In this document: positions 15,911-28,094 of the stretch, one piece after another
Layout: each line of letters begins with the position of its first letter
How positions within the stretch are numbered: the stretch's first letter is position 1
DNA from: Octopus vulgaris
Lineage: Eukaryota
Reading direction: 5' to 3'
Assembly (NCBI GenBank): GCA_951406725.2
Contig: OX597843.1
Span: 18,166,001-18,230,000 of the forward strand
DNA: 64,000 nucleotides
The notes under the pieces: model-generated
What the model was told of the DNA's origin: nothing
Database searches by the model: none
What the model saw: the letters and a program-made list of their open reading frames with translations, nothing else
Made by a program: the position numbers and the translations under genes

Positions 15911-18900
15911 GTTACGCCAGGTCACTTTCGAGTGCTACTGGTAACATGTAACCCAGTACAACCTATTACATGGTCGGCTCGTCTGCGACTAAAGCGGCAA
16001 CCCCACCAAGCTTGCTTGGTGAGGAGGGTGTTTATTGGACACCCTGGAGGATGTAAAACAAAACCCGTCAAAGGGCGGAGGAACTCTAAATGTCTTAAGG
16101 CTGTTTCATGCGCGGGGACGTAGAAATAATCGGACTGAATGCCCGATCGCGCGGTTAAACCATTGGGAGTGAAGGACTCCTAGCCTTTGTTTGGGCATCC
16201 TTCTAGAAGAAGGTAACTTAGGTAACTGGGATAACTCCGACATAAAACCTGCGGCTCAGTGGTTACCGATGATGTTGACTTGTTCTTCTTTTCGGATTAT
16301 TGCTGCTGTTGCTTAGTGAGTGGGATTGACTCAGTGCACAGCCTTTCCTCACATTTAAAAAAAAAACCCTTCTAGCACAGGCATTGCACGATAACTGCAT
16401 TGGATTGATTAAACTAATTCATGATTGTTGATAGTGCTGTGAGTCTCAACTGCATGGCTGGCTGTAACCTTAAAAAGCATAAAAAATCAATGATGTACCA
16501 AAACAGTATAAAAATAAATGGCAGTAAGGACTCTGGGACCACATCAGCTGGAGTGGCATTTGCTTTTAAGACTACTCTTGTGGACAAGTTGGAAGAATTA
16601 CCAATCGGAATTAACGACCGTCTTATGTCCATGAGAATTCCTTTGGCTAAAGAAAATTATATGACCTTGGTGAGTGTGTATGCTCCAACTATGTGCTATA
16701 CTGATGACGAAAAACTTTCTTTCTACCATGCATTGAAGGGCATTATAAAAAATATACCTCGGGTAGACAAAGTCATCCTACTAGGTGACTTTAATGCTAG
16801 AGTGGGCAGGGATTTTAACACATGGACTGTAATTGGAAAGCATGGTGTGGGTAATTGTAATAGTAATGGCATGCTTTTGCTGCAGATGTGTGAGGAGCTG
16901 AGTCTGTGTGTTACCAATACCATGTTTCAACAAAAGAATAAGCTTAAGACTACATGGATGCACCCTGCATCTAAAGAATGGCATATTCTGGATTACAGCC
17001 TAGTTAGGGTGCGTGACAGACAGGATGTGCAGTGTGTTTGTGTTCTTCGTGGAGCTGAGTGTTGGACTGACCACCGCCTAGTACGCGCAAAAGTGAAATT
17101 AGTCACAAAACATAAAATCCGAGCTGCAGGGATGACAACTGAATGTTGATCGTCTTAGGTATAATAGTGTGAAGAGTACTTTACGAGTGGAAATGAATGC
17201 TGCAAATATTGGGGAGGATTGGCCGACCCTTAAAAAGTCAGTTTATGATATAGGCAAGAAAGTTCTGGGATTGATACAAAGAAAGCATCAAGATTGGTTC
17301 AAAGAAAATGATGAACATATAGAAGATTTATTGGCTGATAAAAGACGTACTTTGTCACGCTATTTGTCAGCAAAGCCACAGGAAAGGGAAGTGTTGCATG
17401 GGGAACTCAAGGACGTAAAATCACGTGTGAGGCAAAGGCTCTCTCAGATGAGGGATACGTGGTGGAGTAAGAAGGCTGATGAGATACAGGCGGCTTCAGA
17501 TTCCAATAACACAAAGCTGTTGTATGGTCTCTTGCGAGAAGTTTATGGACCGACGTCCTCTCTGATGAAACCACTTCGAAGCAGGGATGGTAAAGGACTT
17601 CTTCGTGATTCACACGGAATTCTGAGAAGGTGGCAAGAACACTTTGATGAACTTTTGAATCAGCAGTCTGTAGTTAGTGAGGATGTTCTCAATCGCATCC
17701 CTAGATTACCTGTGAAGGCAGCACTCGCGGAACCACCAAAGTTGGAAGAAGTTGCAATAGCTGTCTCAAGGTTGAATAATGGGAAGTCTCCGGGTATGGA
17801 TGGCACACATGCGGAGTTGTTACAGCATGGTGGTGAGAAACTTCTGCAGAAAGTTCACTGTTTGTTTGGTAAGATATGGACTAGTGAACCTCTACCTGAG
17901 GACTGGAGAGATGCAGTAATGGTGGTCCTGTATAAGGGAAAGGGCAACAGGAATGATTGTGGTAATTATAGGGGAGTATCATTGCTGCCTGCTGTAGGAA
18001 AGTTTTTATGCAGGATACTTCTGGATCGTCTGCTGAAATACATTGCAGATTGTGTTCTTCCAGAAAGTCAATCTGGCTTTCGTGTGGGACGTGACACTGC
18101 TGATATGATCTTTTTTCAGCTTCAGGAAAAGTGTGTGGAACAGGGTCTGGATTTGTATCAGGTTTTTGTCGATCTGACAAAAGCCTGTGATAGCGTCAAT
18201 AGAAAAGCATTGTGGAAAGTCCTCCAGAAACTTGGGTGTCCTGAAAAGTTCCTTGCTTTGGTTTGGTTAGATCTTTTCATGAAGACATGAATGGTAGGGT
18301 GAATGTTAGAGGGAAAATGTCGGAGCCCATTTCAATACAAAATGGAGTGAAACAGGGGGATATTCTGACACCGACCCTATTTTCCATATATTTCGCGATG
18401 GTGTCCTGTATTGCATTCAGAGACTGCAGATACGGTGTTTACGTCCATTATCGAACCTCTGGCAGCATATTTAATATCAGGCGCCTTGCTGCAAAAACAA
18501 AGATATTTACCTCTATCATAAGAGACCTTTTGTATGCTGATGATTGTGAGCTAGTAGCACACACAGAAATTGATATGCAACACATTTTGAATGCATTCTC
18601 TGATGCTTGCACTGCCTTAGGATTGACAGTCAATTTCAAGAAAACTGATGTCATGCATCAACCTGCCCCTGGTAAGCAGGATAGTGTACCAAATATCTAT
18701 GTGAATGGTAAACGACTTGATGTAGTCGATCAGTTTGTCTACCTGGGAAGCACTATTAATAGATAGGCAATGTGGATGATAAAATTCCATATAGAATTAG
18801 GAAAGCAAGTGATGCTTTCGGAAGGCTAGAAAAGCGCCTCTGGAGTCGGCGAGATATATGCAGAAAGACAAAGATAAAGGTGTACAAGGCATGTGTGCTC

Positions 18901-19722
18901 CCTTTTATTCTCTATGCCTGCGAGACGTGGGTCGCATATCGATACCACCTTAAACAACTGGACCGTTTCCATCAGATGTGCCTCAGACGGATCTATGGCA
19001 TTAAGTGGAAGGACCGCATCAGTGATCTTGAAATACTCGAAGGCTCTCGTTGTGAAAGTATAGAAGATCTCGTGTTAAAGCAAAGGCTCAGATGGATTAG
19101 CTAAAGGAGAACGACCTCCACATAAACCAAAAAAGAGATATAAGTACTTGCTGAAGGCTTCCTTAAGAGATGCTTGCATCTCTCCTGACACATGGGAAGG
19201 CATTGATCGTAGCAGGTGGAGAAGGATTGTGCATGAGGGGACAGCCACTTTTGAGAAATCTCGAGTTGCACATGAGAAAGTAAGGAGAGATGTCAGGAAA
19301 GGCATCGCTGTTACACTTCCAGAAGGGAAGGGTCTTCCTTTGATTCTGACATGCAATATATGTGCAAGACCCTGCCTCAGTAAAGCTGGACTCATGAGTC
19401 ATCTTCGTAGTCATAAAACGAGACAGATGAGTGACAACCTGGCCACTGGTGGTGGTGTAACACACCATACTAATCATATCTGTCGGGCATGTGGAAGAGA
19501 GTGTAATTCAGCAGGAGGACTTACACGACATGCAAAGGTACATGAAGCCCAGTTACAACTACATCCGACTATTTCCAGAAAAGGTTATAGCTGCCAATTC
19601 TGTACAAGACATTGTAGATCTTTGGCTGGGCTAAAAAGTCACATTCGATCACAGAACCAGTAACAGTTAAGCTTCGTGCTATGGCCATACTCGATAAAAA
19701 GGGGGCTGCCATAAAAGTAAGT
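15911..19722 (+). mobile_element. Near full-length RTE-clade LINE (APE + RT + 3 C2H2 zinc fingers), inactivated by frameshifts and stops
   Basis: ORFs 16421-17149 (VYAPT, GDFNARVG, TDH), 17169-18290 (KSPG.DG, NYRGVSLL, ESQSGFR), 18263-18766 (GVKQGD, YADD), 18772-19104 and 19148-19663 (CxxC..H..H fingers); ~500 nt 5'UTR; short TAAG-type tail. Confidence 0.93.
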
Positions 19723-20554
19723 ACTGTATGTATGTATGTACACATGCATGCATGTATATGCTTGTATGCAACTAAGTATGTGTGTAGGTTTGTAATGTAT
19801 GCATGCATTTATATATGTATGTATGTGTGTATGTATGTGTGTATATGTAGAAATGCATGTGTGTATGTATATATGTATAGATGTATACTTGCATGTAGGT
19901 GCCTATGTATGTATGCATGCTCGTATGTATGCATCTATGAGCATATGTATGTGTGTATGTACACATGTATGTACATATATATGTGTGTACGTGTGGATGT
20001 ATATATGTATTACTGTGTTTATGCATGTATGTTTAAATGTATGTATCTATGTATCTGCGTACGTATGTCTGTGTGTATGTATTTATGTATGTATGCATGC
20101 GTGTATGTACATATGTGTGTGTGTTTATGAATGTATGTGCGTATGTATGTATATATGTATGTGCGTATGTACGTATGTATGTATGTATGTATGTATGTAT
20201 GTATGTATGTATGTAGCAAGCGTATATGTGTGTACGTATATACGTTCGTATATATGTATGTGTGTACATATGTGTGCATGTAAGATTGCATGTTTTTGTG
20301 TATACGTATGTGTGTGTATATATATATGTGTATGTATGTGTGCATATATGTATATGTGTGTACATATATGTGTATATATACATGTATTTGTGTATGTATG
20401 AGTGTATGTATCTATATGTGTGTGTGTATGTACGTATGTATGCATATGTATATGTATGTGTGTATATATGTTTGTATGTATATGTGTATGTATGTGGATA
20501 TTTGTGTACGTATTTATGTATGTATGTTTGTATGAATGTATATATGTATGTACG
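19723..20554. repeat. Degenerate (TATG)n compound microsatellite
   Basis: Direct reading. Confidence 0.95.
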
Positions 20555-20556
20555 TA

Positions 20557-21050
20557 CGAGGCTGTGTCAAAAAGTATTGCCATTTTGTTTAGGAAAGGTA
20601 TAATTACCAACACAGGAACATGTATCATACATCAAAATGAATCTTGGCCCCAGTGGATCACACCCTACTCTTTGATATAGTTACCGTTTCTCTCAAAAGC
20701 AATGTTCCTTCTTCGAATGAGAGTATGTATTCCTGCCCTGTAAAATTCTGTTGAATGTTCTTTGAGCCACTTCTTCACCACATTTCTTACTTCCTCGTCA
20801 CTGGTATAATGTTTTCCTCTCAAACTCTCTTTTGATGCGCCGAAGAGATGATTGTCTGAGGTGCTAAATCTGGTGAGTGTGGAGGTAATGAAGAAATGGC
20901 TCAAAGAACAGTCAGCAGAATTTTACAGGGCTGGGATACATGCAGTCATTCGAAGGTGGAACATTGCTTTTGAGAGAAACGGCAACTATGTTGTGGAGTA
21001 GGGATGTGATCCACTGAGGACCAGGTTCATTTTGATGTATGATACATGAT
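20557..21050. mobile_element. Fold-back mariner relic (two transposase 3' ends in inverted orientation)
   Basis: TA|CGAGG TIR-like end. Minus arm encodes HSPDLAP/SDNHLF..LRGKHYTSDEEV..KKWL; plus arm encodes MKKWLKEQSAEFYRAGIHAVIRRWNIAFERNGNYVVE*. Confidence 0.85.
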
Positions 21051-21067
21051 CATGGACGGCCATCAAA

Positions 21068-21140
<73 letters not shown>

Positions 21141-21751
21141 ATGTATGTATGTCGCTCTTGAGTATGGGAACATATACAACCTGTTTCATATGTATGTGAC
21201 GAGGGTGTTGTTATGTATGTATGTATGTATGTATGTAAAGAAAATGTATGTATGTATGTATGTATGTATTTTAAGACCTACAAACAACAGAATTTATCTG
21301 CAGGTCTTGGTGGGTATGTCTTTTGTATGTATGTATGTAGTTATGTATTTATGCATGTATGCATAATTGAATGTATATATGAATGTATGTATGTATGTAT
21401 GTATGTTTGTATATGAATGTATTTATGGATGTAAGAATGTATGCATGTATGAATCTATGTACATACACACATACATGAATCTATGTACACACATACATAA
21501 GTAATACGCACGTAAACATGTACATAAAACATACATACACACATAGATATATATATATATATGTACACAGATATCTATATACGTACACGCATAGAATATA
21601 TATACACATACATGCATACATAAGTACATTCACACGTACATACATACACACATGTATGTATGTGTGTGTGTATGTGTGTATGTTTGTGTGTGTGTATGTA
21701 TGTCTGTATGTAGTGAGTATATGTGATGTATGTATGATGTATGTATGTATG

Positions 21752-21785
<34 letters not shown>

Positions 21786-22149
21786 TGTATGTATGTATGT
21801 ATGTTTGTATGTATGTATGTATGTATGTATGTATGTATGTATGTATGTATGTATGTATGCATAATTGAATGTATATATGAATGTATGTATGTATGTATGT
21901 ATATATGAATGTATTTATGGATGTAAGAATGTATGCATGTATGAATCTATGTACATACACACATACATAAGTACATACGCACGTAAACATGTACATAAAA
22001 CATACATACACACATAGATATATATATATATATGTACACAGATATCTATATACGTACACGCATAGATATATATACATAGATATATATACATAGATATATA
22101 TGCGCAAAAGCATTTGAACTTTCCCGCATGACAACCACCCGAATGTCAC

Positions 22150-25100
22150 TTCGTACCTATTCAGAAATTACATTAAACCTAAGAGATTTCGGTTGATATA
22201 GTGACTAACGCCGTCGCCCGAGCTGAAACCCATGGAAAATCCTTGAGAATGGTTGGGTAGAGCTGTGAAAAGTATTAAGACAAAGAATAAGGGGAATTTT
22301 TTAAAAACATTATTAGCCGAAAGTGGAAAAAAATCTCCACAACAGTGATAAATGATCTGAACATTTCTATGTTTCGCAGATGTAAATCTGTATTAAGTAA
22401 TTTTGGGTTCCCAAAATACTGACTCTGTGATTTTATTGTTTTTAGGGATTACAGAATGAATTTTAAAAGCAAAAAAATCATAAAATATGAAATGTTACAT
22501 GTTGTCCTTAAGTTAAATGGTACTCTAAATTATGATAATTAAGATTTATTTTTAATCTAAAATTAACATATTGATGTTACGCTGTAAAGCTGTATACCCT
22601 ATTAAAGCTCGTTAGAGTTTCTTTATTTAGATATACAAATTAATTCACAATTTACAAGTTGAATATATATTTATATAAAATTGACATTTGAACATTAATA
22701 AATTAGGGTTCTTAAGTTCGATGAGGCCAAACAATTGTTTGGAAAATGTGGATTTAGTGTCAAAAAGTAAAGAAGGATGTAAAAAGAGAACAAAGTGAAA
22801 CTGTTCTACAGCTGCATATAGATGAGAGATTACTAAACAAGAACTGAGCAACGAAGAACACTTTAGTTGTGGAGTGGTTAAATTAGTGGAAGGCGTATAG
22901 ATTCCCAAAGAGCCAGCTCTAGGTGTGTTCGGAATGAATTAGGATATAAAGTTTTGGAAAACACAATTCAATGACTCAAACAATTGAAAAGAACATAAAT
23001 ATGTGACTGTATAAACATGTATGAGTTTATATATATGCATGCATGTATATATGTATGTGTGTTGGTCTGTAAATATGATTGTATGTTTGTGCGTATGAAC
23101 CTATGTGTGTATGGATTTACGTGTGTAGGTATGTGTGTAAGTATGTACTGTATGTATGTATGTACACATTCATGCATGTATATGTTTGTATGCAACAAGT
23201 ATGTGTGTAGGTTTGTAATGTATGCATGCATGTATATATGTATGTATGTGTGTATGTATATATATATATGCTCGCATATATGCTTGTATCTTCGTATATA
23301 TGTGTGTGTGTTTCTACGTGTGTATGTACGTACGTATGCATGCATGTATGTGCGTGTACTGATGTATGTAGTTATGTAAGTATGTATGTGTGTATATGTA
23401 TATATTCCATGCGTGTATGTATATAGGTATAGATGCATACTTGCATACATATACTCACATATCTATGTATGTGTGCACGTATGTATGCATCCACGTGCAT
23501 ATGTACGTGTGTATGTATATATGTATGTATGTGTGCATGTATGTACATGCATATGTATGTACATAAGTATGTATATATGTATGATTGTGTTTATGCATGC
23601 ATGTTTATATGTATGGTTTTATGTATGTGTCTATGTATCTGCGTAAGTATGTCTGTGTGTATATATTTATGTATTTATGCATGTGTGTATGTATTTACGT
23701 GTATATATGTATATGCGTGTGTATGAATGTATGTATGTGTGCAGCATGAATACATGTACGTAAGTGTGTATGTATGTGTGTATGACTTGTATGTGCATGT
23801 ATGTAAGTGTGTGTATGTGTATTTAAGTAAGTGTGTATGTGTGTATTTTTGAGTGTTTATATATATATGTGTGTATGTATCTGTGTCATTATGTATGTGT
23901 ATATATGTGCGTATTTATTTGTATGTGTATGTAAGTACATGTGTATGTATATATGTGTGCATGCGTGTATGTGTGTGTGCATGTATGTTATGTGTGTAAG
24001 TTCACAGGTTTGTGTGTTTGCATACATGTGTACGCATAAATACATACATACATACACTCATACATATATACACACATACACATACATATATACATACATA
24101 AATATATTCATACATACATACTGAAATATCTACAAAGATACAAAAACGCATACATACATCCACACACACATATATATGAATGTGGATATGTATGTATATA
24201 CTTTTTTATATATGAATGTATGCGCGTATGTTTGTGTGTATGTGCGTGTGTATGTGTGTTTGTACGTATGTGATTAAGTATGGAAGTATGTATGTGTGTA
24301 TGTATGTATTTACGTATGTGCATTTGTATGTCTGTATGAATGTATGTGTGTGTATGTGCGAATGTGGGTGTATGTAAGTATGTGTGTAATTTTGTATGTG
24401 TGTGTGTATATCAGTATGCATGTGTGTATGAATGTATGCGTGTAAGTGTGAATGTATATGTGCATGTGTGTAAGTAGGTGTGTATGTATGTGACTATATA
24501 TGTGTGTATGTATGTCTTCATGTATATATGTATGTATGTCTGTATAATGTGTGCATGTATATATGTATGTATGTGTGTATGCATGTATTTATATAAGCAT
24601 GTGTATGTGTATATATGTGTCTATGTGTGTATTTGTTGTGCCTTTGTTAGGGCATCCTTCTAGGAGAAGGTAACTCAGGTAACTGGGATAAGTCCGACAT
24701 AAAACCTGCGGCTCAGTGGTTACCGATGATGTTCACTTGTTCTTCTTTTCGGATTATGGCTGCTGTTGCTTAGTGAGTGGGATTGAGTCAGTGCACAGCC
24801 TTTCCTCACTTTAAAAAAATCTGCTTGCACAGGCATTGCACGATAACAACATTGATTAAGCTTTTGCGCAATGGCCATACTCGATAACGAGGGGGCAGCC
24901 ACCATGTATGTATGTGCGTATGCCTGTGGTTATGTATGAGTGTTTGTACTTACATACACACATGCATAGATACACGCATACATTTATACATACGTACACA
25001 TACATATGTACATAAACAAATACACACATATACACATGTATATATGTATGTATATCTATATATGTATGTATTTTTATACGTGCGTGTGTATATATTTGTT
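22150..25100 (+). repeat. Segmental duplicate of ~5480-8270
   Basis: Colinear unique sequence, microsatellite pattern and RTE-derived short element at offset ~16.7 kb. Confidence 0.85.
24645..24904 (+). mobile_element. Bipartite non-autonomous RTE derivative
   Basis: Paralog of 7801-8060. Confidence 0.85.
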
Positions 25101-25312
25101 GGGATGTATGCCCCTGTGCAAGTATGTGTGTATGTATGCACGTATGTATGTATGCATGTGTGTGTATATATATGTATGTATACATGAATAAAGGTGTGAA
25201 TGTGTGTTTCTGTGTATATATGTGTGTATGAATTTGTGCATGTATGGAGGTATGCTTGCATGTATGTATGCATTCATCTATGTCTGTATATGAATCTATG
25301 ACTGTATCTATG

Positions 25313-25360
<48 letters not shown>

Positions 25361-25599
25361 CATGTATGTATCTATGTATATGTGCATGTATCTGTATAAG
25401 TATGTATACTTGTATGTATGAATGTATGTAGGTATGTGTATTTGAATAAATGTATGTACGTATGTATGTATGTATCTGTTTGTGTGTATGTATGTATGTT
25501 TATATGTATGTATGTATGTGTGTATGTGTGTGTGTATGTGTGTATGTATGTGAGTATGTGTGCAAAGCTGTATGAAGCAATTCTGGATGCCCAAAATAC

Positions 25600-27483
25600 T
25601 GACCGTGTGATTTTATTGCTTTTTGTTGATCAGATATGCTCGGACAGTGGAGATGTGTGTGCAGTAGGTGTTCGACATAAACCCACCGGTCAGCAATACT
25701 CGGGCACTGGACTAGGGCGTGCAGAACAGTTTCATCATTCTGGGCGCACCTCGCATGGGCCCGGCTGACGGCATTTCCGTGCCTATAAATTTTATCCCAA
25801 ACAGAGAGCGCCCCTCGGTAGCACTGTCAGGCAAGGGATTTCTTGAAGTTATCCATAGGCCCAGGCCTGAAAGTGCTGCGAAACAGATCGGTTTGTTGAT
25901 CTTCATCGACACCCAGAGTTTCCCTGAGAACGTCGTCGCACTTTCCCTTCACTCGCACTCTTTAGAACTTTAGAGTGGAAGTATCACCGACCGCATTGCC
26001 CGCCTGGTGGAGGACTGTGAGTGCTTGACGGCACTCAAGGTGCCAAGCGCCCTTCTTCGATCTACGCCCAGTCCAGGATTGCCGCTCAGGTAAGACTGGA
26101 TTCATTAATGGCTGCAATATCTACACTAAGGAACCTCAGGTAATTTGAAAGGTGACTCTGTTTCCAAGGCCACCCGAGGCCCCTGACATTTATATGACCT
26201 ATTCTGAGCATCACCTTGGTAGAATAAATTTAGAATGGAGAAGAGCTCTACATAACGCTGCTGCCTAGCAGGGGTGACCCCTTGGTCTTTCTTGCGGGCG
26301 TTTCCACGAGATTTTCATATAGTCTCTTAGAGAATGTTTTTTGGAATGACCCAACAGCATTTGGAAAATTAATTTTTAATGTGTTGTAGGTGTCCTGTGT
26401 TACTTTCAGAAATTTGTATGTGTGGTGATGGTGCATTGTGTGTTGGGAAGACAAAGTCTTTCATTCTGGTGTCTGTGTTTTCTCTAATGTATTCGACAAG
26501 GTGTGTATTGTGGGTGTTGATGGCTGTGAGGTTGGTGGTGTTTGTGCAGTCTGTTTGTGTTGTGCAGTGTGTTTTGTAGTTTGAGGTTGTAGTGCTGGTG
26601 ATAGTGCTGTTGTCGGTGGCTGCGTGTGCGTGTTGCTGCTGTTGGGGAGTTTCTCCTGTTTGCACCTCCCCCTCTTTTCTTCTACTATCTTTTTCTTTTC
26701 TAGGGGGAACTGTTTGCCACTCACCCCTCTGGCTCTTGCTTTTGCTGCGGTTCATTTGTTGCTGCCGCTACTGCTACAGTAGTTGGTGGTGGTGCTATTG
26801 CTACTGGCGGTAGTGGTACTCCGACTGGTATTTATTTTCGTTGTTGGTGTTGGTGATGGTGGTGCCCTGGCGACGGTTGGAGGTGGCGTCGCTGTTGCTG
26901 TTGCTGGTGGTGATGGGGTTGGTTTTGCTGCTGCTGCTGCTGCACTGGAGGTGCCACCGTTTCTACTGTCGCTTGTAGCTTCCGTCGCATCTCTTTGTAT
27001 TTGGGGCAGTCGACCTTGAGGTGCTGATCATTTTCACAAAAGTAGCACCTCGGCCTCCTGCCCTCCACGGCCACGATTAGCCTCGTGCCGTCTGCTAAAT
27101 TTATAGAACCAAGGATAGAATTTAGGGCTTCTTGTTCAATTTGAACGAGGAGTTCCAATCAATGGCCCGTCCAATTTTGTTGGTGCAATTTATGAACCTC
27201 CAGTATTGTGGCGGTATCCACTATATCAAAGAGGACAGTCGGTACAAGTCAGCATCTTTTTATTTCGGGGCCACCTCCCTAATTTTTACCTTTGTAACCT
27301 GCCGACTTAACAATGTCGGCACGAGCAGGAATTCTTCAGTTTACAAATGTCACAGTGACATGCTGCTTTGCTTCTTCTTCTGTTGCAAAACTCACTTCTA
27401 CAGTGCCGAAGAGTCTTCCACGCCTCACATATGTTTTCCGCTTCCATTCTGGTTTTAATGCTATTTCCAATGGCTGTTGAGTC
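25600..27483 (-). mobile_element. Internally deleted Tx1/L1-like LINE (ORF1 zinc knuckle, ORF2 start, C-terminal zf-RVT)
   Basis: CYFCENDQHLKVDC (CX2CX4HX4C) in ORF 26832-27158; MLRIGHINVRGL..VDIAAINES from 26211; RCAQNDETVLHALVQC at ~25700-25755. Confidence 0.75.
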
Positions 27484-28094
27484 GCTGGAATAAAACATTT
27501 GATGGCTACAGTTAGGACGCCTTTGTTCATAGAAATGAGCAAAAACGACAACAACAACAACACTATTTCTAAAAGAAAAACAAACATGTGTCTAATATTG
27601 GCCTGGTTTTAGTATTTTGTATAACGCCATGTCATCAGTGAACAACAAACATCAATTAGAAGCGTGTCTGAAACCTTTCAATGGCACACGGGGACAATTC
27701 TGCATTTTAGAAACTAAAGAGACGAGGTGATGTCCTGGGGAAATTATTGCCAACCCAATATACAATGGAATCACTGGGTTTTGTTTTAAATTGCTACTTG
27801 TATGTTGCCAGGCCTATTATAGGATCTTGGTAATATAATTGATGTGGAGGGAAGATTGCCCCGTGGTGAAGGGTGTTGCACTCACGATAAAGGAATCGTG
27901 GGTGCGTTGTGTTGTTGAGAAAAACCTTTCATCACATCCATGTTGCTCTGCGATCACTTCGGCACCTGACTTATGGTACCCGATAAATCTGTGCAGGTAA
28001 GGTGGATTCGATGATGAGGGTGAGATAATGTGCAACACAACAAGTCTCATATTCGCGAGGGACCCAATATTTCAATCTATTGGAAATCTATTCA
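27484..28094 (+). repeat. Segmental duplicate of 11146-11834
   Basis: Near-identical colinear sequence with small indels; a third partial copy at ~32973-33125. Confidence 0.9.
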
